Source of the DNA: Sphagnum compactum
Taxonomy: Eukaryota
Length of the DNA: 64,000 nt
NCBI GenBank assembly: GCA_965153455.1
Contig: OZ234494.1
Coordinates: forward strand, 5,518,001-5,582,000
Direction of reading: 5' to 3'
Shown here: positions 52,265-64,000 of the stretch, in pieces
Numbering within the stretch: the stretch's first letter is position 1
How the letters are laid out: each line of letters starts with the position of its first letter
Program-made: the position numbers and the translations under genes
The notes under the pieces: model-generated
What the model was told of the DNA's origin: nothing
The model's database searches: none
What the model saw: only the letters and a program-made list of their open reading frames with translations

Positions 52265-52870
52265 AGAAGCAAGGCGAAGTTTCATTGACCAAAAGAAAGA
52301 AAAGGATGGATGAGGAAGGGAACGGATGAACTATTGTAGGTATGAAATTACTTATGATTAACTTGGGTGAAAAGAGGGAAAAAAGGAAAATTTATTTAAA
52401 ATTCTGAAGGAGAAAAGAAAAGGATGGATGAAGAAGGCAGTGTGGATGAACTATGGCAAGCAAGAAAATGCATATTATTCCCTTGGATGCAAAGAGGGAA
52501 AAAAAAGAGAGAAAACAACAAAATTAAAAATTTGAAGAATGGATAAAAAAAGAAAAAAGAAAAACAAACATTGAAGTTTCATTGGCAAAAAGAAAGAAAA
52601 AAGATGGATGAAGAAGGCACTATGGATGAACTATGGCAAGCAAGAAATTACATAATTATTCCCTTGGGTGAAAAGAGGGGAAAAAAAAGGAGAAAAAACA
52701 ACAAAATTTAAATTCTGATGGAGGAAAATAAAATAAAATGCAAACATTGAAGTTTCATTGGCAAAAAGAAACAAAGAAAGAAAGGAAAGGATGGATGAAA
52801 AAGGAAGGTAGTGTGGATGAACTATGGTAAGTATGAAATTACCTATTATTAACTACGGGTGAAAAGTGGG
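52265..52870 (+). repeat. Purine-rich tandem repeat (4 cores, ~115-185 bp spacing) upstream of the WUN1-like gene
   Basis: Core AAAGGATGGATGAAGAAGG...GGATGAACTATGG.AAG.A.GAAATTAC.TA.TATT..CTTGGGTGAAAAG at ~52300, 52420, 52600, 52785. Confidence 0.85.
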
Positions 52871-52949
52871 GGGTAAGTTAGAACCGGAAGTTGCCACTGT
52901 AGAAACCGTTTTGTCGCACATAAATTGAGTCTCAAAGAAGTTACTTTCT

Positions 52950-53115
52950 CACACACCCTCTCTCCCTCTCTCTCTCTCTCTCTTCTTCTCTCTCGCTCTG
53001 GTGCTCTTCTCTCTCCTGTTGTCCGCTTTCTCGCCGTCTCCTTTCTTGCATCCACTCTGCAGTTTCCGCTTCTCTTTCGCCGATTTTGCTGCACTTCGGT
53101 GCCATTATATACCAC
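52950..53115 (+). promoter_or_regulatory. Core promoter region of the WUN1-like gene (CT-rich tract and TATA-like TTATATA ~53105)
   Basis: (CT)n / pyrimidine patch followed by CCATTATATACC ~190 bp upstream of the proposed start. Confidence 0.4.
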
Positions 53116-53294
53116 CTGCTTCGTCCTCAAAAGGCCGTTGTGAAAATCCAGTTTGTTGCTTTTGTGAGTGTGTATGTCTCACGCTCTGTTTCATCAGTAG
53201 TTGGGTGTTGCTTGGCTTAGTTTGGAAGGTGTTGGGGCTTTGTTTTTGGCCTGTGTGTGTGTGAGATCAGAGGAGCTTTGTTTGCAGGGAAGAT

Positions 53295-53828
53295 CTGGCA
53301 AAGGAGATTCTGTTGGAGCAAGAAGAAGCGCTGGAGCAGATCAGCAACGAGCGAGTGGTGCGAACGCTGTACTCAGCGCTAGCAGAAGGGGATGCAGCGA
53401 GTGTACAGGCCTTAGTCGCAGAGGATCTGGAGTGGTGGTTTCATGGCCCGCCAACCCAGCAGCATATGATGCGTTTGCTCACCGGTGTTACATCCTGTGA
53501 CACCTTTGCGTTTGAGCCCATCAGTGTGCGCGGCATTGCTAACAAGGTTTTCGTGGAAGGCAAAGGCTCTTCTTCTACGCCGGGGCTGTTCTGGGTGCAT
53601 ATATGGACGGTTAAGGAGAAGCGAATCACACAACTGCGTGAGTATTTCAACACCGCTATTCTTGTCACCGATCTGAAACCGGCCGTGGTGAAGCAGCCAT
53701 CGCCTTCGCAGCATCATCCGATCCAGCATGTAATTCCTCCCAAAAACCCTTGTGTCACTCTGTGGCAGAGCCAGTTGTGGAAATCTAAGGAAGGCCGGTC
53801 CAAGCCCGGCCTCGTCTTGACAATCTAG
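53295..53828 (+). CDS. WUN1: Wound-induced protein WUN1/WI12/SAG20 family (NTF2/SnoaL-like), probable CUG start, ~177 aa
   Basis: NERVVRTLYSALAEGD...VQALVAEDLEWWFHGPP..QHMMRLLTG...FAFEP.SV...V.VEG....WVHIWTV....ITQLREYFNT...C..LWQS.......S.PGLVLTI is the family signature. No in-frame ATG before 53466; in-frame CTG in GAT-CTG-GCA context at 53295. Confidence 0.9.
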   Translation: MAKEILLEQEEALEQISNERVVRTLYSALAEGDAASVQALVAEDLEWWFHGPPTQQHMMRLLTGVTSCDTFAFEPISVRGIANKVFVEGKGSSSTPGLFWVHIWTVKEKRITQLREYFNTAILVTDLKPAVVKQPSPSQHHPIQHVIPPKNPCVTLWQSQLWKSKEGRSKPGLVLTI

Positions 53829-54387
53829 GGCTAATCGGAGATCTGCAAAAGCTCCCAAGACCAGTCATCCACCAGGTTTCTTGCAAACCCTAGTCGAAGA
53901 CCATGTAGCTCCTCATGCTCCTCAGGGGTTAGTCGCCTGGTAGGGTGACTTGCTTCTTCGGAACCCTAAATCCTTTGTCAAGTTCTGTGAGTACTTATTA
54001 CTTGCCGTTGTCTTTGTTTTTGTTGTTGTGCTCTCTTTATATCTATAGCAAGCTTGCAGATGTTGTCACTGCTAGTAATACCAGGTGGCAGTGGTGCAGT
54101 TTATGAGATTATTGTTGTGCAAGGTTTATTTGTTTGTTTGGTAGAAGAGGAAGTATTAAGTAAGTAATCAGCAGCAGCAGTAGCAGCTATTGTGGCTTCA
54201 ACAATGTTATTGGTGTTGGCTTATGTGTATGTGGTTGTACCTCCTTCTGCATTTAAATATCAGATGTGGCAAGAATTTTGTGAACGATTTATGCATTTGG
54301 TTTTGTGTGTTTTTTTTGTGTTGGATTTGGATGCTCGACTGTTAGAATTGTTTGCATGATCAAATTCTTGATGTGTTATTTTGATTT

Positions 54388-54436
<49 letters not shown>

Positions 54437-57400
54437 TTGCTTTTGATTTTATTTCTGTCTCTCAGAAAGTGCTTTTCTGTAGGGCAAGGCCCTAGGTTGA
54501 GGATATTACCAGAGTAAGGGCCTGTGCAAGGCAATAGCCAGCCTAGTGTTTGGTAAGGACATTATTCGAGTAATGGCCTGCATGAAGCAAGAGGCAGCCT
54601 AGTGTTTGGGTGAAGCTGGCAATTGTGAGAGCCTTAACTGTTGCAAAGAAAGTGGCCAACAAACTGGATCAACCAAGAGAAAATGTAGAATCAGTGGCTT
54701 CAGAGAAATGTGTGGGACATTCATAATGCATATAACTCATTAAAATGCAATATACCCTACTGGCTAAGATGATTACACAACTAAATATTACACAATTTAC
54801 ATGAAGTGCACTTACATATTAAATTTTGGTGTGACCAACGCACGATAATCAAGACTATAATTTGCAAGTCCACATCAAAGAGAGTAATTCAACATGTTGA
54901 ACTAATAAAACTACGACTTTCCAATTTGTGTAAAGTGATATGTACTATGTCAAATTTCAAACTATGGAGGTACTAATGCTTGAAGTAATTCTCTACGTGT
55001 TCTCATTCTTCCTCAAACATGTCATTCCATATTTCATACACCATTCAATGGGAGTCCTAATACTTGATCCATATCTCATGATGTGTGATGAAGTCCTTTC
55101 AATGAGACACTTGTATAGGTGTGGTTTATGTGTAGGATTTTGAAATAGATATAATCCTCATCCAAAAGCATTAGCCTAGGACATATGTGTTCGATCACAA
55201 TTTCATTAGGCAACAATGGTATTAATGGACTCTATAATGCATCTACAACAAGATGAGTTTACATTTTGTTAGGATACATTTTGTTGAAGATGAAATCAAC
55301 ACACAAAAAATAAATCAAAGAATACTAATACATTACATTGCTCCATGTCCTTCTTGGGCTATGTTGTGGATTAAAGATATTTAGCTCCGAGTCATTTGAG
55401 TCATCATGTGCTGCCTCTAAACCAATATATAGGTTGATGCCATGTGAACAAATTACATATAGTAACTACAAGGTTTAGAAAAATATTGAAATTGCCAATG
55501 ACTTTATTCATAACCGACCCTAGGTGTATCTCATGGCTACCTACCATCACCTTTTTCATCATGAATGCACAAACATGTTAAGAAAAAAGGGAACATAAAC
55601 ATAACATTCAAAACACAAGGGAACCACAAGCATAACACATGAGAACAAAAAAGGTGTTACGCGCTCGAATTTTAATTTCATAACAAGGGGTTCTAGTTTA
55701 TATGTGTACACTACATGTTACAAGCTAATGCAATGTTACACTTTGGTTATTTCATGTTATCAAAAGTTCAACATGTATTAAACATATTATAACCCATGTA
55801 AATGAGACAAGATACAAGAAGTTAAAATGCATACATTATCACACCATAATAGCAAAAGAAAGAAAAAAAAATCATTGGACAACATGTTATCACTAACAAC
55901 ATGATCTCACATTTACATGGAACATGTTAACAATAAAACAAATGTTGAAAGATATCCAAGTAAATACTCAAATCACCAATAAAAAATGTAGTATCAATTG
56001 ACATTCAAAAGAATGTTACCTATATATTAGACCACAATTATTACAAAAAAATAAAATTGAAAAATAATTGGTACATATAACATTACACGTGACGCATGTA
56101 AGAAAGACACCTAATTTCTAACACTCGATGGTAAAACAGAAGACTGAAAATAATCAAAAACAAAAGTTCCAAGTGTATGCAATAACATCTTACAAAAGCA
56201 TGGACCAACACTATCTGCATAAAATGACAATTGTCATAAATATTTTCATGATAACTAAGTTTAAGGGTTGTTTTTTCACATGCAAAATGTAATAAGGGTA
56301 GTTAGCAAGAACTCAAAACTGAAAACATGTTTTTGTACATTTCAATCCATAACATGTGATACTTGCATATGATTATTATTTGTATACAAGACATTCGAAT
56401 AAATGGCTTTGACATAAACATGTTATGAAAGTCAATTGTCATATGTAGGAAGAGTAACATGATATCTAATGATAGATTATCATGTTTCAAGTCTTTGAAG
56501 AAAAATATCAAACTACAATTCTAATCACACTATCGCACCACAAGAGTATGATAGAGTTTTCATGAATCTATTATTAAAAGGCAAATAAACTAACAATTGT
56601 AACAATTGATGGGCATCTCATGAAGATAGCAACACCAACATGGGAAGCAAACAACACCAATGCGGGAGGGAAGTAGCACCAACCTAACACGAGCAGTAGC
56701 GCCAATGTGAAAAAAGCACACCCAACGCGAGAAGAACAACACAAGAACATCATGAAAAGAAACTCCAGAAGAACAGTGCAAGAAGAGTATCATTAGAAGA
56801 GCACACAATCAAGAAAAAAAACAAAAGCACAACCAACGTAAAAAGAGTAGTACGAGAAGAGCAACACAAGAAGAACATAACCGAGAGAAAAAAATTTAAC
56901 ATTGTAAAAACAAAATGAAGCTCAGACTTCTTTTTATATTTTTTCCCCTAACCTTTAACAACGACTCTACCTCCTTAACTAGCGGCTGCTATTTAACAAC
57001 CCTAAAATGGAAGGTGACTCTAGGAAACGGATGGAGGTTCTATGACAGAACCTGTCCAATTCTTCAAATTTTATAAATTTAAAAAAAAACAAAAATTGAT
57101 TCTCATGACCTGTTCACATTCATGTGAGAATCGAAAGTCAATTCTCACTCTAATTCTCACATGTAATGGTGTCAACTGGTTCTCATTGTGGCTGAAAACT
57201 GAGTAAAAAATCAGGTGATGCTTCAATAACCGCCCAACACTGGTCATCACATGTCAATACTTTTGCACCAGAAAATTTTTAAGACCATTTGCCTGTGTAA
57301 TGTTTTCTGGTCAATGGAGCTTTTCATTGGGATAGAAATCTCATTTGAAAATAGACAACCCAAATTACAAAAAAGAAAAGAAATGTCATGACCAAATCCT

Positions 57401-59387
57401 TTTTCTTTCTATTGGGAATTTTGGTACATGTCCAGACCAGTGTTCATCATCCATGTGAGCATAAACTCATAAGCAAATCCAGCAATCTTGGGGAGCAATG
57501 TTGGTTGGTGTTGTCCATCCAATACACCCAGTACCACCCATTCATTGTGTGGCTTGTTTCACGTCTAGAAAACACAAGATCCTAAATATGAATTGGTGGT
57601 AGGAAAATTAAAACTACCTATTCGGTTCTAGGAGGCACCAAACAATGGTACCATCAAATGGCTGGCATCCTTTGATTGAACGACTTGAGATTCTTATTCA
57701 TTCGATGGCTTGCATGTCATCACCAACCAAAACACATGAATTACATAGTTGAGATCCTAAATGGCTCTCAAAAATCATGAGAGGTTGCAATGGTGAATCA
57801 CATGGAATATGTGTTGTAGTACTAGTAACGAAGTATGCCACCCAAAGATTTGCAAACATAGGCCTTATTTTTGGTTTTTATGTAGAACAACAACCCACAA
57901 CAATCAATGCATGGAATTGATGAATAGTAATAATAATAATAAGCACAGAACATGAGCCCTGAAGCTACCAAGCCAAAAAAAATATGCACATAACATATAA
58001 AACACGTGAATGAAGCCAATGCAAAGATCCAAGTTCGATGTGCAAAATGGTGCTCGGTGGATATTTGATCTCGTTAATAATTGCCAGTTCAGGTTATGTC
58101 AAAACTCTCCAAGAGAGCCAGTGGTTTTCATGCACGAAAAGGCAGAGGTTATTTGAGAACCGTGGTTATATAGAAGTGTTTCTTTTGATTTTTTTTGTGA
58201 ATTATAGCTATGAATCCGTGTTGGTGCAAGTGCATCTTTTATTTGTTGGATATGCATAAGGTATATAAATTAACCTAACCCATTTTCTCAAAATTGATAT
58301 ACCTAAACATATACTTGAACAACATTGCTATGAATTGTAAAGAATCACCTTGATAATTGTGGGAATAATCTGTTCTTGTTTTTTTTTTCTTTTTCTTTTT
58401 TTTGATAATCATACAACATTGGTGCAAACTCGACACTGCAACCTATGAATAAACTATAAATAACTTCTATGATAATTTAGTTTTTTACAGGTAATACAAA
58501 TAAAAAAACATTGGACAAGGGCATGATACCTTCATATTTAAGATAGGTGCTTGTTTGTTTGTTGGGTTGTGGTCATGTTGTAATTCTCCCAAATTGTGGG
58601 TCATCTTGCTCCACTTGTGGTCTCATCGGAAGACCCTTGGTGAGGCGGTGTGCATGTTTACCATTTCATAATCATTTTAAATGATTTTCATATTTGGAAA
58701 TTAATTATAAATTTCAAAACACATATTTCATATTGGGTTTCATAAGAACTTTGAAGTTAAGATCACTTCGATGGGAATAATATATTGGTATGTATGATCT
58801 TACACGAGGTTTAATACACTTTGGGGCCAATGGCACAAGGCCTACTACTCCTATTGGCATTCATCTTGAAAAGTTATTACCAGGTTGAGGTTTTCCATTC
58901 TTGATAGAACTTTGCCAAATTTGCTATGAATTTCCATAGGTAATTCAGCTATGTCCAAATGCAAAAAAAAAAGCCCTTGTTCCAAAAACAAGGAGCCTCA
59001 CTCATTGGGTCAAGGTTTGAGCCAAACAATACATTTATGCCCAAATCTTACAATTGTGAAGTCTCTTCTTCCCTATGGGTAGATCTAACCAATGATACTA
59101 AATTCTTTGAAATATGTAGATGTAAAAATTTTGATTTTTACAGTAAGGAATTAATTTTTTGGGGATCTTTTTGTGTCTTATCCCTAATCTTGATCTTTTT
59201 GAGAATTTGGTGGAAGGGTTGCTAATTTGTGGACAAGTGGACATTTCAGAATATACACACGTTGTGTCCTGAAAAACCCAATAATAATAATAATAAGAAT
59301 ACTATAAAAATTAGGACCAAAAAAGACATTAATAAAAGGTAACTTTTTTATAAAAAATTGTTAATTTATGTGACCAGTGATGCAAAC

Positions 59388-59753
59388 CAGTGTTGGGTGG
59401 GTATTATTAAAAATACCCTCTGGGTATCAGGCCCGGCATCCATAACTGTGGTTGTCAAAACATTCAAATACCGGGTTCTGATATATATAACTATGGATAT
59501 CAAAAAATCAAATACCCGGTTCTTATACATGACTGCGGTTGTCAAGTTTTGCAAGACTGTCAGATAATCATCCAGAAAACCGCCGGTTCTTTCATGAACC
59601 CTGGAGTTCTTTGAGGGTTTTTTTGAAATAACTGGGAACGGAGGTTCTTTGATTTTTAAAATTCAAGTACCCGGAAGCTGTGGGTCTCTGATTCTTATAT
59701 TTCCAAATACCCGGAACCGAAGGTTATTGTTAAATACCCGCCGCCCAACACTG
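59388..59753. mobile_element. MITE with CAGTGTTGGG terminal inverted repeats
   Basis: Left CAGTGTTGGGTGGGTATT; right end reverse complement CAGTGTTGGGCGGCGGGTATT. Internal AAATACC(C)GG(G)TTC repeats. No clear TSD. Another right end at ~57226-57243. Confidence 0.75.
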
Positions 59754-60171
59754 ACTATTGCCCGTCACGAAAATATTTTTCGGCTGCCCGTCCTCTACGC
59801 GCCCTTGAGAGAGCGCTCGCTCTCCGAGTGCTTCCGATTGCTGCTGCGACGAGAATTTCGGATCCGAGTTTTTGCAATTCTTTCGTTGCTGTTGGCCGCT
59901 TGCTTTTTGACAAGAAACAAACAACAACCCAAGAAAAAACAGAAGAGGATTGTTTGTTTTTGTGTTTTTTTATTTACTCGAAACAGTTTATATATTTCTT
60001 TATCAATTACCAGCTGCTATAATTGTTGCAAGAAGCCTGTTGCTGCTGCAGGCAAGAATTGCAGGTTTGGGTTTTGTGGAATCGCTGAGATCTATTGGAG
60101 CACACTTTGCCATAATTTTCGGCAGCAGTTTTTGTGGATTTGGTTTTGGATTTTCACGTACAAAACCCATC

Positions 60172-61287
60172 ATGGGCTCTTTGATGGCTGGATGGTCCAC
60201 GAATCCGCTGGACGCTCAGTCAGGTTTGTACTCAAATTTGTAGAAGAAGGAAATACATGGCAAGCTGGTCCAAGGCCTATCGATGTTGTAACTACACTTT
60301 GCTGCATGACGTGATGATGGGTAATAATAGCTTCTGGATGATTGAAATCTCGTATTCGATTTTGTTTTCCTTTGGGTTTGACTCTGCTGGTGGTGGGTGC
60401 TCGTATTATGGTAGTGATGAATCGGAGTAAGTCGTCACTGACAAAGGAAGAAATCGAAGCATTCTGGCGTTCTAGACAGAAAGCTATGGAGGAGCACCTG
60501 AATGATGCAGCTGCTCAAAAAGCTACTGTAGCTGATGCTGCTGCTGGATCCTCTGCCGTAAGTTCAAATTCATGGATTCAAGTCTAATCTCCATTTCATC
60601 ATCATCATCATCATCTTCTTCTTCTTCTTCTTGTGGCCGGTACGAGCCCTCGATTAGTACTACCCATCAAGGATTCTTCTTTAGGCAGTCTGAATTGCAA
60701 TTTTTTTTTCGGTGGGTGGAATTCTAGAGTGCAGTCATAGGATCATCACCCATTCCAATACAAGCTGCTGCACAAGTCATGGTACAGGAGTTGAAGAGAC
60801 CAATTGCAGCAAGCCCAGATTGGTATGTTTCCCCAAATCCTAATTGGACCTTGAGTTGCAAATATTGTTCTGGAACCTCAGCTGTAGTATAGAACAGTCC
60901 CAGTCCAAGCAAATGTGAAGATTAGCGGAGGATTGAAGAACTCTGGGGAGGATGAAGAACTCTGGGGAGGATTAAAACAGATCACGTGTTGTTATTTTGC
61001 TGCTGTTAAATACAACCCACCTGCATTTGAAACCAGGCTTCTTGTTGTGCTCCTCATCTTCATCATCAGAGTGCTATAAGTATGCTTTTACTCATTGCTG
61101 CAATTGTCTTTTCAATTGCAGGTGGACGAGGAGCGACTGGGCATTTCTGAATGATCCACCTGAATCACATACAGATGCTCGACACAAGTATACTCCACAG
61201 TTTGATGTTGCATCAAAAGTCAGTCATTCTGACCAGCTGTACACTTTTCAAGCAAGCCGGAGCTCTGGCTCATCAAACATGTTATAA
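60172..61287 (+). CDS. Small conserved plant protein of the At1g19530 (RGAT1)-like family, 4 exons, ~151 aa
   Basis: Exons 60172-60223, 60415-60557, 60728-60822, 61122-61287 (GT-AG, phase-consistent, 456 nt): MGSLMAGWSTNPLDAQS/VMNRSKSSLTKEEIEAFWRSRQKAMEEHL.../...SPDW/WTRSDWAFLNDPPE....KYTPQFDVA. Contains the family motifs MGSLM.GW, SLT.EEI..FW, WW....WAFLN.P and Y..QF.VA. Confidence 0.9.
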
Positions 61288-64000
61288 AAAAACTCTATGT
61301 CCTGTATCTGCTGCAGCTGCGAATTTGAGCTTCGGGAGAAACTGTTATCCATCTGCTTGCAATTTAGCTTCCATTTGTTGTTCCTGTAAATTTGCATAAG
61401 ATCAAGTGGTTAAGACCCATAGGTTATAGCACACTGGTCTGGTGGATTTTCTTGACTTGGGTTGTGGTCAGCAGGGTTGCAAGCCCTGCAAATATGGCCT
61501 AGAATAGACATGGGTTTTGATGGGCCTAGAATTTTAGATGCAAAGCTTAGTTTATTAGTAAGGTTTGTTAGTTTGTTTGTTTACCTTGAAGGTGTATATT
61601 ATGACATAAATATTTGTGTGCAAGGGCTTTGCTGCTTCAGGTTTTGTCAATGTCTGATACATAAAAAGACAAAGGTTGAACTCTAGATGACTGCTAGTTG
61701 CAGATGTCAGTGTAAGGACAAGGTATTGCAGATGTAATGTAAGGAGCATAAGAGAATCAATCTAAAGTTTCTTACCATCTGTGCAATACCTCCTCCTGTT
61801 GATAGATGTCTGCTTGGAAATTCCTTGACCATGCAACTGCAGTTGTCAAAAGGAGGAAAATCTGCATGAAGCTTAATAGAGGATATAACCAAACTAACTC
61901 CATTATATGTTTCCTGTAACCAACTGTTATGATCCATGGAGGAGAACTGTGCAAGCTTTACCCACTAGAAACCACGTGTTTGGTACATAAGGGAATTTCT
62001 CCAGAATCTGAATTAGGAGGACACAGGAGTGCCTTCCTTCTATCAAGATCATACTTCCTACATCAATCCCGAGGGCATCATGGCATGATTCGAGGTTCCT
62101 AGCAAGGACCATTTTTTCCTGGGTACTATGAGTCTCAACAGCAAGCACCAGCATTGGTGATTCCAAACCATCTCTTGCTGGCACAACAGAGAAAGACCAG
62201 CAAGATGCTGAGAAACATGTTGTGAAGATTTTGCAGGTTAGGTAGGTAAAAGCATGATAAAGTAGTAGACAACTCTTGATCCTGTTTGGCATGTACATAT
62301 CAACCCCTAAGAACTCTCATATCAAGAGATTAGGAAGGTGAAAGCATGGTAAAGTAGACAACTCTTAATCCTTGTGACCAACATGTACCCATCAGCCTTG
62401 AAATTGAGAAACCATTTGGATATGGAGAGTAGATTCTACACAACAACTCTACACTCAGCCCTATACACAAGTTCAATAAATTTAGCAAAACATTGGACTA
62501 CTTCCTGCACATTTGAGACTCAAGTATGGATGGTTGATCTGAGATGGAAGTCCATGAATTCAAGATGGTATTAGTGATCATATGTTACAACTCCAATGCA
62601 TATTTTCTTTTCTTTCATTTTCTTTTTTTTCCTTTTTCTTTTTGACGAAGTTCAAGCAAGGATTGTCCATACCAAGATAGAGCCAAAAATTGAACCAAAT
62701 GTCATTGAGTTAAAAACCTTTCAAAGGTATATTAGAATAAAGCACAACTTTTCAATTTTTTTTGAAATTGCATGTTGTAAAGAATATTGCAAAAGGGTTT
62801 CATACAAGACACAAGGGGTGTAAACATGGTCAAGTAGACATAAAAAATAATTTGCCCAAAATTTAATTTAAAAATGATATAGTTTTTGACAAAACATAAG
62901 AACTTAATAGATTAAAAAATTATGAAAATGTGAAATAAAAAATAAAATGAAACCATTAGCTCCTCCATTGAGTTTATAGTAAGTTGAATGTAAAATTTGA
63001 AAAAGTTTAGTACAATAAAAGTAAGTTACCAATAGAGTTGAAACCAATTGGTCAATATGGTGATTATTTTTTTTTCAATAAAAAATTGATATATTATGAT
63101 TATAATATGCACAATTTGATAGTACATAAATACTTCTAAACATTCATTAACTTGAAAATTTTTAAAATAAAAATTTTATCTACTTGCAACTCATTTTGTA
63201 AAATTAAAATCACATATAAATTAATGCACTTTAAAAGGATCTATTTAAATTTATTTGAAAATGTTAATACTCAAAATTATAATACTAAAGTGAAGATTAT
63301 ATTAATCATTAAATTAACATAATGATTCATTGAATAAAAAAATATTTTTACTTTCAAGACAAAACAGTAATTAATTAAACTATTTATACAATTCAAAAAA
63401 ATTATCTTTAATATTAAGATGAACTAAACCTCTGTCAAATGTGTATCTATTTATTATAATAATAATTGAACAACTAATTGTTGTCAATTCAAATGAGAAT
63501 CCACCCATCATAAAAGGTAGCATAATTTTTTAAATGACTTAAGTATAGAAGCCCCTCTAATCCAATTTAAGCTTCCCTTTTCCATTTATTTTCAAAGTTC
63601 CATCTTAAATTAAATTAAGGAACTCATTAGCTCCAAATGTCATTCTCATTGTGCAATTGAAAATAATTATTGTTTATAAAACAAAATATATTGTTAAATT
63701 TAGTTATTAAGTATGTAGTCACATTACCTTAAGCATGATAAGGAGATGCATTGGAAAAATCATGAATGTTGTCTAATCATGCATGATCTTGCAACTTAGA
63801 TACACTCCAAGACTCTCCGAAAGATGGAGTGCTATTCTAACCCCCATACCATGTGGTAGCTTGAAAACGACTTATCCTAAGGAAAGGAGCTAGGCCATCT
63901 AAGTCACTTCAAAACACAATGAACAATCTCTTTTGAATCATTGTTCCTTTTTTAAAATAAATTGATCCTATTGCATCACACAAACCAAATTCAACAATCA

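Noticed and set aside
59649-60314. 221-aa ORF
   Set aside because: Spans a MITE, promoter and 5' UTR of the At1g19530-like gene; non-ATG start and no domain.
61927-62298. 123-aa minus-strand ORF
   Set aside because: No recognisable motif or consistent splice structure.
63783-63840. Helitron 3' end (CACTCCA...TGGAGTG hairpin then CTAA)
   Set aside because: Loop is long, the CTRR is not followed by T, and no matching 5' end was identified.

Overview
AT-rich, intron-containing plant nuclear DNA; gene set and repeat style suggest a bryophyte, probably a Sphagnum-like moss (inference). Four apparently intact genes: a 4-exon NPF (NRT1/PTR) transporter (14607-17071, +), a single-exon secreted S-protein homologue (SPH; 29301-29804, -), a WUN1/SAG20-type NTF2-like wound-induced protein whose conserved N-terminus lacks an AUG and probably starts at CUG (53295-53828, +), and a 4-exon At1g19530-like small protein (60172-61287, +). 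There are two pseudogene fragments: SNRNP40-like WD40 and a TPR-like last exon. The intergenic space holds decayed transposons that the ORF track misses: hAT/ZNF862-like, PIF/Harbinger, a CRE-like non-LTR fragment, a putative solo LTR, MITEs, and a piggyBac-type transposase relic, unusual for a land plant. There are also several tandem arrays and hairpins. All family calls come from manual translation and motif recognition, not database searches. No CRISPR array, tRNA or rRNA was recognised.
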